Source: an uncultured Christensenella sp. (lineage in GTDB: Bacteria > Bacillota > Clostridia > Christensenellales > UBA1242). From it: 64,000 nucleotides of DNA. Below the pieces are notes generated by a model. That model ran no database searches, was not told where the DNA came from, and saw only the letters and a program-made list of their open reading frames with translations. A program made the translations under genes and the position numbers. The stretch is taken from positions 131,240-195,239 of the forward strand of contig CASFFG010000001.1 in assembly GCA_949293905.1 (NCBI GenBank), given 5' to 3'. This document shows positions 29,772-42,642 of the stretch, one piece after another. Each line of letters starts with the position of its first letter. Positions within the stretch are counted from its first letter, which is position 1.

Positions 29772-30455
29772 TTACTCGGGTTTTGAACCTGTTTCGTTTT
29801 TAAATGTGTTAAGCGATTTCAAAAAATTTAATAACTTTGTTTCCTTTTCTAGTCTTTTTGTTAACTCAGCATAATCTTCATTTATCGAAATTGTAAAACC
29901 AATTTGAATTCTTGATTTTTTGAGTGCGTTAATTTGCTCCGCTGTATCTCTAATAGACTTGTCTAGTGAGTATAGTAATCTTTCTTTAAAACTTAACCAT
30001 GCGTCCTTATAAAATGCTTCAGCTGAACTTCTTATAAGTTCGTTTTCGTAGTATTTTGGATCAAATTCATCAGTTAATAAAATATTCCCATCAAGTTTTA
30101 ATGCTTCTACTAAAAAATCTAAATTTTCTCTTAAATCTGGTGAAATATATGCGAAATAATCCATTGGTGTTTCATATATATTATTCTTTCCAATACTAGC
30201 AAAAGTCCTTAATACGAAACCTGCGTTTGCTTTATACTTATCTCTCACCTTATCTTTAAAAAATTGTAAACTAGCAGACGAAAGTTTTATTAATTCCTTT
30301 TCTGTAAACTTCATTACTTTTAAAAGCGGACGAATCTCATTATAATCGTAATCTTCTTCGAGTAATGCGTAAATTAAATCGGCATCGGTCGCGTCTTTAT
30401 CTAGGTCAAGTTCTCTTTTTAATGCTCTTTTAATCAAATTATTTAGATTTCCCAT
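29772..30455 (-). CDS. Orphan paralog 2 of tandem triplet (DUF4116-like motif)
   Basis: LRENLDFLVEALKLDG; shares the C-terminal ETGSKPE with paralog 1. Confidence 0.8.
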   Translation of the reverse strand: MGNLNNLIKRALKRELDLDKDATDADLIYALLEEDYDYNEIRPLLKVMKFTEKELIKLSSASLQFFKDKVRDKYKANAGFVLRTFASIGKNNIYETPMDYFAYISPDLRENLDFLVEALKLDGNILLTDEFDPKYYENELIRSSAEAFYKDAWLSFKERLLYSLDKSIRDTAEQINALKKSRIQIGFTISINEDYAELTKRLEKETKLLNFLKSLNTFKNETGSKPE

Positions 30456-30558
30456 ATGTTACTCCTAAATAGAAGAATTATATCATAGTTCCACGATTTG
30501 TCAATAGAAAAATCAAATAAAAAATAAAAAAGCCCACTATTGTGGACTTTAAAATTCA

Positions 30559-31257
30559 TTAAACGGATTGAATTTGTGTTTTATAAGTATTTAGGCTCTT
30601 TAAGAAATTGATTTTCTCTTCGGCGTGGTTGATTTCGTCTTCTACATTTTCTACCATGCCTGAGAATACAGACATTTTAAACTCGTCTTCTTTTTCTTTA
30701 GCCGAATCATAATACGCGTTATACTCTTCTTTACTCTCGGCTCTATAGTCTAGCAGAGATTCTTGATCTTTGATGATGTCAATTAATTGGTCTAAATGTT
30801 CTTTAAAATAATTATCAACGGCGGTTTTAAATAGTTCGTTACTATAGTATTTTACACTATCATCAGTTAGCGCGATATATCCGTCCATTTCAGCGACTTT
30901 CACCATGAATTTAAGGTCATTTTTTAAATCGACCGAAATCAAATTTAAATAATCTACTGGATAGAAATATGTGTATCCATCTTCACCATTTTCTAACACT
31001 TTTTCAAACATTTTAAGGATAAAATCTCTGTTCGCTTTAAGTTCATCACTAACCTTATCTTTAAAGAAACCTATATCCATAGCACTTAGAGTAATTAATT
31101 CTTCTTCGCTAAATTCCATGCCTGAGATTATGTTTTTAATGTCTTTATAATCGAAATTTAGAAGCAAACTTTTTACGACATCAAAATCGGTAGCATTTTC
31201 GCCTAAATTAAATTTTCTAATCACCGCTTCCATTACAAATCTATTAAATCTACTCAT
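30559..31257 (-). CDS. Orphan paralog 3 of tandem triplet (DUF4116-like motif)
   Basis: LKANRDFILK and LKNDLKFMVKVAEMDG; FLKSLNTYK tail like the other two. Confidence 0.8.
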   Translation of the reverse strand: MSRFNRFVMEAVIRKFNLGENATDFDVVKSLLLNFDYKDIKNIISGMEFSEEELITLSAMDIGFFKDKVSDELKANRDFILKMFEKVLENGEDGYTYFYPVDYLNLISVDLKNDLKFMVKVAEMDGYIALTDDSVKYYSNELFKTAVDNYFKEHLDQLIDIIKDQESLLDYRAESKEEYNAYYDSAKEKEDEFKMSVFSGMVENVEDEINHAEEKINFLKSLNTYKTQIQSV

Positions 31258-31344
31258 ATTCTCTCCTTAAGTCTCACGGTATTATAGCATAGAATTTCCA
31301 TTTGTCAAGGGGAATTTAATTAATTTTATTTTAATTTTTTTATT

Positions 31345-35644
<4,300 letters not shown>

Positions 35645-35819
35645 GATATTATTATACAAAAAAGAAAATTTTAGCGCAAGCATTTTACGATTTTCATATA
35701 CAAAAATAGAAATTCATATAAAAACAAAGTAATGAATTATTTTTTAACTAACAAATTAAAAAAGGATAAATACATCTATCCTTTTTATAATAAAGTTGAT
35801 TAAAAGTATTTAACTATAT

Positions 35820-36263
35820 TTACATTTCCATATCTGGGTTTTCGCTTTTTTCTGCATCAATATTCATTGTCTTTTTTATTTCACTTAATGCGTCTACTAC
35901 AATCTCTTGATTTTTTTCATTAGCAACTATCTCTTTTAGAATTTCTTTAAATTCCTCTTCAAGTTCGTATGGCATAAGTTCAAAAGGTAGATCTTTTACA
36001 GATATTTTTGCCTCTATAGTAGAACCTTTTTCAATGGCAATAAATACGTAATAATCGTTAACTTCAAACATTGTGCCACAAGGTTCGAATTCAAGTGGCA
36101 TATTCGTTTCAAGCAATTTATTCATTAGTTTTATAAATAAATTTCTGCCATGCGGAGTCAAAAGTATAAAAGCAAGTTTTTCCCTATCAGTAAGTTTTTT
36201 AAACTCATCTTTTTTTATTCTAATTCTATTCCCATCTCGCGAATATTTTTTATCTCTACCCAT
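35820..36263 (-). CDS. Orphan protein
   Basis: 147 aa; own TTGACA-N17-TATATT promoter, AAGGGAG RBS and downstream hairpin AAAAGGATA/TATCCTTTT. Confidence 0.7.
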   Translation of the reverse strand: MGRDKKYSRDGNRIRIKKDEFKKLTDREKLAFILLTPHGRNLFIKLMNKLLETNMPLEFEPCGTMFEVNDYYVFIAIEKGSTIEAKISVKDLPFELMPYELEEEFKEILKEIVANEKNQEIVVDALSEIKKTMNIDAEKSENPDMEM

Positions 36264-36371
36264 TTTATTTCTCCCTTTGATAACGAAAATATATCATAAT
36301 AATTTATTCTTGTCAATACCCAACATTAAAATAAATATAATAAAAAACACTAGCATATGCTAGTGTAATTT

Positions 36372-36560
36372 TTAATAACGACTACGTTTCATAGCGCGCT
36401 TACGAGCAGCCTTGCTCTTCTCCTTACGGCGCACGCTTGGTTTAACATATTCATTCTTTTTCTTTAAATCGCCGATGATGCCGTCCTTTTGGCATTTGCG
36501 TTTGAAGCGCTTTAATGCACTTTCTAGCGATTCGTTCTCTCCGCAACGAACTGTTGTCAT
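36372..36560 (-). CDS. rpsU: 30S ribosomal protein S21
   Basis: [28 protein letters not shown]. Confidence 0.96.
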   Translation of the reverse strand: MTTVRCGENESLESALKRFKRKCQKDGIIGDLKKKNEYVKPSVRRKEKSKAARKRAMKRSRY

Positions 36561-36767
36561 TTTTTCACCCACTTTTAGTTCTAGAATATGTTTATATTAC
36601 CCTAAAAATGAGATATTGTCAAGAGATTTTGTAAATTTTTACATTAATTTTTAAAATAATGAGTGTAATAAACCTACGGACTCTAATTTTGGTATTTTCA
36701 GTAAACGCAGTAATGCAAAAAATTTAATATAAAATCAAGTAAATAAAACAATGAAAAATTTATTTAA

Positions 36768-37092
36768 AATAAGTAGTACAATCTCGAGACTGCGAAAGTA
36801 GTTGAGCAGTATTTAACATTCACTCTTCCCACTTATTCTTATACATTCCTTAGGTTTTCTAGAATGAGCGGATTATTAGTTTAAGAGGCATTGGGCGGAG
36901 TGCAACTCTCACCGCTACTCTTTTATAAGGGGTCCCCGTAAAATGAAATTTTATGGGGAAAGGAATAACCGTCCATTAGGCTTATGATTGCGAAGTCTTG
37001 CGAGCAATCTAGCAACAGGACGAGTTATGACGTTGCGCGGGGGAATTGGGGGGACGACCCCGAACCTCATAAACTAGTGATTCGCGAGTTAT
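36768..37092. other. GC-enriched multi-hairpin non-coding element (candidate ncRNA or REP/MITE-like repeat)
   Basis: Successive stems: AATAAGT/ACTTATT enclosing ACTGC-GAAA-GTAGT; CATTC/GAATG; AAGAG/CTCTT; CCCCGTAAAAT/ATTTTATGGGG; GATTGC/GCAATC; GCAAC/GTTGC. Confidence 0.55.
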
Positions 37093-37428
37093 TTAGAATT
37101 CTTTGAGTTTCTCGCCACCCAAAATATGAATATGAACATGCCCTACAGTCTGTCCTGCATCTTCACCTTGATTTATAATTAAACGATAGCCATTCGTTAA
37201 ACCTAATTCTTCCTGCATATGTGAGATTTTACCGATAATTCTGCCGAGCAATTCGTCCCCTTCGTCCGTCATCATATCGATATATGGTGCATGCTCTTTC
37301 GGTATTGCGACAAGATGAACTTTTGCTTGCGGGTTTATATCCTTAATTATCATAAATTCGTCATCTTCATATAGTTTTGTACTAGGCAACTCACCTAATC
37401 TAATTTTACAAAAAATGCAATCTTCCAT
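37093..37428 (-). CDS. hit: HIT family nucleotide-binding protein
   Basis: DCIFCKI, GQTVGHVHIHILGG. Confidence 0.95.
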   Translation of the reverse strand: MEDCIFCKIRLGELPSTKLYEDDEFMIIKDINPQAKVHLVAIPKEHAPYIDMMTDEGDELLGRIIGKISHMQEELGLTNGYRLIINQGEDAGQTVGHVHIHILGGEKLKEF

Positions 37429-37437
37429 ATTATCTCC

Positions 37438-38682
37438 TTATTTCACTACACCTAACATTCCGTCCTTAAAGGTTGAATCTAATTCAACCGACTGAATACT
37501 TCCCACCGGGTAAAGACCGCGAATGTATGTGTATATATAATTATCAGTATATCCCAAAGAGAATTTATCGTCAAGCGTTTCTTCAACCAAGACTTCATGA
37601 ATTGTTCCGCGATTTTTAGCGAAATTTGCTTTTTTAAAGCGCGTATTCATAACTTTTAAAATTTCTTCTCTTTGTTTCTTCGTGCTCACGTCTACATCTC
37701 CTTTCATAGCACTTGCAACTGTACCCGAGCGCTCACTATACGGGAAAATATGCATGAAACTAAATTGTATGCGTTCTAAGTTTTTAATAGTTTCATTGAA
37801 TTCACGCTCGCTCTCACCTTTGAATCCTACTATTATATCAGTTGAAATACTCGCTAGCGGAAAATTTGATTTAATCTTATCCGTGATTTCAATAAATTGC
37901 TCAATAGTGTAGCGTCTATTCATGCGTTTTAATGTATCGTTACAAGCAGACTGCAAACTCAAATGAAAATGCGGGCAGAAATGTTTACAATTCTTTAAAA
38001 TTTCAATCATTTCATCGTCAAGCACATTGCACTCAATAGATGATAGTCTAAATCTTTTACCTAAATTGTCTACCGCTTTGATTAGTTCTTTAAGTGCTAA
38101 TTTCCCGTCCAGTTTATAGTCGCTCATATTTATGCCTGTCAGTACGATTTCGCTAGCGTTGAGGGACTTAATTTCATCTAAAATGGACTTAATATCGCGA
38201 CTTCGACTGCGACCGCGCATATATGGTATTAAACAATACGAACAAAAGTAGTCGCAACCGTCCTGAATTTTTATGTATTGGCGCGTGCGAGTGGCGATTG
38301 GGGTCGACATTTTAGTATATTCTTTTTTTATTTCTAGCGGAAATTTTCTCTCCGCGTTTATGTGATTTAAAATATCTTCCTTTCCTTGAGTGCCAATTAT
38401 TGTCGTTACATTTTTGTTCTTTAAAAATTGCTCGCAGTTATTTTGAGATGCGCAACCTGTTATGACGATTTTTGCATTAGGATTAAGTTTATTTAACTTG
38501 GCAAGTACTTGTCTAGATTTCTTTTCTGCTGTGTTCGTTACTGCGCAAGTGTTGACAATATACAAATCGGCTTCAACCAGTCCTTCGCTAATTTCATATC
38601 CCGCATTTTTGAGTTGAGAGAGCATTGACTGACTCTCATATTCATTCACTTTACAACCTAGAGTTATAACACTAGCACGCAT
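37438..38682 (-). CDS. mtaB: tRNA t6A methylthiotransferase MtaB
   Basis: TLGCKVNEYES, NTCAVT, CDYFCSYC radical SAM motif; rsmE-mtaB-hit order. Confidence 0.92.
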   Translation of the reverse strand: MRASVITLGCKVNEYESQSMLSQLKNAGYEISEGLVEADLYIVNTCAVTNTAEKKSRQVLAKLNKLNPNAKIVITGCASQNNCEQFLKNKNVTTIIGTQGKEDILNHINAERKFPLEIKKEYTKMSTPIATRTRQYIKIQDGCDYFCSYCLIPYMRGRSRSRDIKSILDEIKSLNASEIVLTGINMSDYKLDGKLALKELIKAVDNLGKRFRLSSIECNVLDDEMIEILKNCKHFCPHFHLSLQSACNDTLKRMNRRYTIEQFIEITDKIKSNFPLASISTDIIVGFKGESEREFNETIKNLERIQFSFMHIFPYSERSGTVASAMKGDVDVSTKKQREEILKVMNTRFKKANFAKNRGTIHEVLVEETLDDKFSLGYTDNYIYTYIRGLYPVGSIQSVELDSTFKDGMLGVVK

Positions 38683-39367
38683 GATTCACCGCCTTTAAGA
38701 TAGATACGGCGCTAATACTTGCAACTCGCGCGCGAAGAACAGTTTTGCCGAGCGAAATAGTGTGCGAAAAAGACGAAAAATATTCTATTTCTTCAGGCGA
38801 AAATCCGCCTTCCGCTCCAATGATAACGGAAAAATCTCCGCTAAAAGCGGTAGGTTTAGTATCTGCATTTACACTTGCAAAAAATACATTTTTATTTGTA
38901 CCTATATCTTTTTTTATATCCGCTTTATTTATAATTGAAACGCGCATAATGGTAGCACGCTCGCACTGTTTGCTAGCCTGAATTGAAATTGCGTTTAATT
39001 TATCTAACTTTTGCTTGTCTATATTAGCGATAGAATAGTCTGCCCTAAATAGTTTAACTTCGCTCACATTTAGTTCGGCGAGTTGGTCAATTGTCTCGGT
39101 AAGGGCTTCATTTTTTAGCATTGCAAGATACACGACAATTTTTGGCTCACCATACGCGCGATTTAATGCTTTTTTTAATACCTTGGCGCGCACCTTTGAT
39201 TTAGCGATTCCAGTGAGTTCAAGTTCATAATCGTAGCCGTCACCATTAAATGCCATGATTTTCTCGCCCACGCTACACCTTCTAACACGCGAAATATGAT
39301 TACTCTCACTCTCGCTGAATTCTACTATATCGCCGTCAATTTGGCTAAAATAATATCTATTATCCAT
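38672..39367 (-). CDS. rsmE: 16S rRNA m3U1498 methyltransferase RsmE (divergent)
   Basis: HISRVRR, IGAEGGFS..E, SLGKTVLRA. Confidence 0.88.
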   Translation of the reverse strand: MDNRYYFSQIDGDIVEFSESESNHISRVRRCSVGEKIMAFNGDGYDYELELTGIAKSKVRAKVLKKALNRAYGEPKIVVYLAMLKNEALTETIDQLAELNVSEVKLFRADYSIANIDKQKLDKLNAISIQASKQCERATIMRVSIINKADIKKDIGTNKNVFFASVNADTKPTAFSGDFSVIIGAEGGFSPEEIEYFSSFSHTISLGKTVLRARVASISAVSILKAVNHAC

Positions 39368-40019
39368 TCTTTCCCTTTAACTTTTGTATTGCTTCATAAG
39401 TATCGTTTTTATAAATATAACTTCCGCTTACTAAAATGTCCGCGCCCGCTTTTACGCATTGCGCACCTGTTTCATCGTTAATTCCGCCGTCTACTTCAAT
39501 TAAAATGTCTGGGCTAAGTGAACGCACATATTTGATTTTCTTTAATGCGTCTTTATCAAAATCTTGACCGCCTTTCCCCGCTTTAACACACATGATTAGT
39601 ACCATATCTAAATATTTTATAAACGGGTCAATTACCTTTATGTCAGTGGGTAAATCTATTGCTAGTCCTACCATTTTTTTAGCGTTTTTAATCTTTTTTA
39701 ATGCGCGAATAAGGGTTTCGTTGTCCTTAAACACTTCATAGTGAATTGTGATTATATTTGCGCTAGATTTAATGTAATTTTTTAAGACTTTTTCGACATC
39801 TTCTACCATTAAGTGCGCGTCAAAGAGCAACGCAGACTTCTCTCTCAACTGCTCAAAATAGGTATAATCCATAGTTTTAGACTTCACGAATTTCCCGTCC
39901 ATTATGTCTAGGTGATACATATCCCCACCGTACTGAGAAATGCGGGTAAGATACTCTATCTGGCTGGACATATTTCTTCCAGCGGGCAAACTTGATGCAC
40001 TAACTACAACTTTCTTCAT
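39360..40019 (-). CDS. rpe: Ribulose-phosphate 3-epimerase
   Basis: HLDIMDGKFV, DAHLMV, EVDGGIN, VSGS. Confidence 0.9.
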   Translation of the reverse strand: MKKVVVSASSLPAGRNMSSQIEYLTRISQYGGDMYHLDIMDGKFVKSKTMDYTYFEQLREKSALLFDAHLMVEDVEKVLKNYIKSSANIITIHYEVFKDNETLIRALKKIKNAKKMVGLAIDLPTDIKVIDPFIKYLDMVLIMCVKAGKGGQDFDKDALKKIKYVRSLSPDILIEVDGGINDETGAQCVKAGADILVSGSYIYKNDTYEAIQKLKGKNG

Positions 40020-40048
40020 ATTTACTCCGTAAGTTTATATTATCGAAA

Positions 40049-40146
40049 GATTTTGTCTGTAAGCGCCGTATGTGTTTACTAGCAAAATCCATATCAGTTC
40101 AAACGTAATGCTACAATTCATTGTGGTGTTCGTGTAGACGAACATT
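40049..40146 (-). ncRNA. Candidate structured RNA in the rpe leader, with 6S-like motifs
   Basis: Three hairpins downstream of TGcTATAAT (40188-40196); contains ATGTTCGT, TTTGAAC and ACGGCGC. Confidence 0.35.
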
Positions 40147-40240
40147 AAATTTTATTTAGGTAAAAATTTTACATTACATATGTTTATATTATAGCATAAA
40201 TTTATTAAAAATAAAAAAGAATTAGTCTAATTTTTTAAAA

Positions 40241-41266
40241 CTAATCCTTTTGTTTTAATGATTTTGCTCTAAGCATACCACACGCGCCCGCTATATCTTC
40301 ACCTTGGCTTCTACGCAGAGTTGCTGAAATGCCCGCTTTATTTAGTTTATCGATGAAATTTAATGCTTCCGCTCGCGTGGTAGCGCGCAGACTTCCGCCG
40401 TTTTCATTTAAACATATTACATTTACATGACACAATAGTCCGCTCGTTATTTGTTTTAAATTTTTAATATCTTCCGCTCTATCGTTTGTGCCTTTTATTA
40501 GACAATATTCAAACACAACGCGTCTATTGTTTTTCTCTGCATATTCTTTTAGTGCATTAACTATTTCCGCAATTGTATAACGAGAGGCTATCGGCATAAT
40601 AGTTCGACGAATTTCATCAGTCGTGGCATGCAAGGATACGCACAAGGTGACATTATAATGAAGAAGAGAAAATTCCTTAATCTTGTCAACAAGTCCGCAA
40701 GTAGAAATGGATATATTTCTCTCACTAACATTAAATCCCTGTTTGTCAGTAATTAAATCTAGCCACTTAACTACATTTTCGTAATTATCGAACGGCTCTC
40801 CACTACCCATTAACACTATATTTGTAAAATTGCGTTCGTTTGATTTTCCGTTGTCAGCGTTTACAACCGCGATTGTAGAAAGCATTTCTCCTGCAGTTAA
40901 ATTTCGAATTAGTCCATTCTTAGTAGAAGCGCAAAATTTGCACCCCATTCGACACCCAACTTGTGTAGACATACAGATTGTGTTTCCATACGATTGTCGC
41001 AAGAAAACACATTCAATCAAATTCTCGTCGTATAGTTTTAATAGGTATTTTTTTGTTCCGTCTTTACTCGTCAAGACTTTATAAATTTCTAGCGGTTTTA
41101 AGATATACGACTTTTTTAATTCGTCCTTCATGCTGGCAGGAATCGCAATTTCGTCGTAACCTTTTCCTTGTTTAATAGCATCAAAAATTTGTTTAGCACG
41201 GAAACGCGGAAAGCCTGCTAATTCAGTCTGTAACTCGTCTAAATTTAGGTCACTAAGAATTTTCAA
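40241..41266 (-). CDS. rlmN: 23S rRNA/tRNA m2A methyltransferase RlmN
   Basis: STQVGCRMGCKFCAS, MGSGEP, GACGML. Confidence 0.95.
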   Translation of the reverse strand: MKILSDLNLDELQTELAGFPRFRAKQIFDAIKQGKGYDEIAIPASMKDELKKSYILKPLEIYKVLTSKDGTKKYLLKLYDENLIECVFLRQSYGNTICMSTQVGCRMGCKFCASTKNGLIRNLTAGEMLSTIAVVNADNGKSNERNFTNIVLMGSGEPFDNYENVVKWLDLITDKQGFNVSERNISISTCGLVDKIKEFSLLHYNVTLCVSLHATTDEIRRTIMPIASRYTIAEIVNALKEYAEKNNRRVVFEYCLIKGTNDRAEDIKNLKQITSGLLCHVNVICLNENGGSLRATTRAEALNFIDKLNKAGISATLRRSQGEDIAGACGMLRAKSLKQKD

Positions 41267-42173
41267 TGTAATCTCCTAAACTAAATTTTTTTGAATTCAT
41301 ATATGCTTTTGCTGGCATTTCACCTTTACCTTCGGGCTTAATGGTTTCAACACGAATTGCTCCCGTTTTACATGCGATGATAAGTCCAGTTTTCCCGTCA
41401 CATGAAAGGATTTCTCCCGCTTTCCCATTTCCTTCAATTACGGTCGCAAACTTTATTATAAATCTCATACCTTTATAAATAAAATAACATTTTTCTAGTG
41501 CGCGAATACGATTATATAAAGTTTTTGCATCTGTATTGAAATCTAATTTATAATCTTCCTTTTTTATCATAGGATAGTAACTAGATTTTGTTTCATCTTG
41601 TGGAAAATGCCTATCTTTATAATAATCAAAGTTTTTGAAAAATTCGTGCAAACACTCTATACCTAGTGTAGATAATTTTTTAAATACACTAGATGATGTA
41701 TCGTCGTCTTTAATTTCAATTTCGCGTGAAAAATAGATATCGCCTGTATCTAGTCCTATATTTGTTCGCATAATGGTTATACCCGTTTTCTTTTCACCAT
41801 TCATAATAGCCCATTGGATTGGCGATGAACCACGATATTTTGGGAGCAGACTTGCATGTACATTGATGACCCCGTTTGGCGCTATGTCAAGTATATTTTG
41901 CTTCAAAATTTGACCATAACTAGCGGTTACAAAAATATCTGCATTTAATTTTTTTAGAGCCTCTTCACCATCGCGACTAACTCTTTCGAACTGAAAAATA
42001 GGAATATTTTTATCAATACAAAAAGACTTAATCGGCGAGAATATGATTTTATTATTTCTTCCATTTACTTTATCAGGCTGTGAAACGACCGCAACGACAT
42101 TTTGTCCGTCGTCTAATAGTCCTTTTAAAATTGTAGTACTAAACTCGTTTGTTCCAAAAAAAACTATTTTCAT
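41253..42173 (-). CDS. fmt: Methionyl-tRNA formyltransferase
   Basis: FFGTNEF, NVHASLLPKYRG, GLDTGD. Confidence 0.96.
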   Translation of the reverse strand: MKIVFFGTNEFSTTILKGLLDDGQNVVAVVSQPDKVNGRNNKIIFSPIKSFCIDKNIPIFQFERVSRDGEEALKKLNADIFVTASYGQILKQNILDIAPNGVINVHASLLPKYRGSSPIQWAIMNGEKKTGITIMRTNIGLDTGDIYFSREIEIKDDDTSSSVFKKLSTLGIECLHEFFKNFDYYKDRHFPQDETKSSYYPMIKKEDYKLDFNTDAKTLYNRIRALEKCYFIYKGMRFIIKFATVIEGNGKAGEILSCDGKTGLIIACKTGAIRVETIKPEGKGEMPAKAYMNSKKFSLGDYIENS

Positions 42174-42640
42174 TAATCTTCTTCCATTCCCTTTGGCGGT
42201 GTAACTAATTTATCTATGTACAAGATTCCGTCCAAATGGTCGTACTCATGACTAACGCAAACCGCCGTCCAATCTTCACATGTGAGTGAAAAAGGATTTC
42301 CGTATCTATCGTAAGCCGAAATTGTAACTTTATTTGGGCGCGCTACATATCCAAACGGTTGCGCTACAACACTTAGACAACCTTCTTTTTTATACTGCTT
42401 CCCGCTTGTATGCGTAATGGTAGGATTAATAAACTCTATTCGCATATTATTGATATTGATAATAAAAGCGCGCTTTAGGACACCAACTTGTACTGCGCTG
42501 AGTCCCGCGCCTTTCTTTTCGTCAAGTGTCTCCCACATATCGTCAAGTAGTTCCCATAGTTTTTCGTCAAAAATTTTAACGGGTTTACTCTTTTTTCTAA
42601 TAAAATTATCTGTATATTGAACAATTTCTCGTATTGCCAT
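42173..42640 (-). CDS. def: Peptide deformylase
   Basis: GAGLSAVQVG, EGCLS, HEYDHLDG. Confidence 0.96.
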   Translation of the reverse strand: MAIREIVQYTDNFIRKKSKPVKIFDEKLWELLDDMWETLDEKKGAGLSAVQVGVLKRAFIININNMRIEFINPTITHTSGKQYKKEGCLSVVAQPFGYVARPNKVTISAYDRYGNPFSLTCEDWTAVCVSHEYDHLDGILYIDKLVTPPKGMEED

Positions 42641-42642
42641 AA

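Noticed and set aside
28905-31308. Integron-like cassette array with attC sites
   Set aside because: The inter-gene hairpins are short terminator-like stems, each gene has its own promoter, and there is no integrase; tandem duplication is simpler
36883-36925. tRNA or FMN-riboswitch-like segment (GGGCGGAGTGCAACTCTCACCGC)
   Set aside because: Only a T-loop-like hairpin; no cloverleaf, anticodon arm or remaining FMN aptamer motifs
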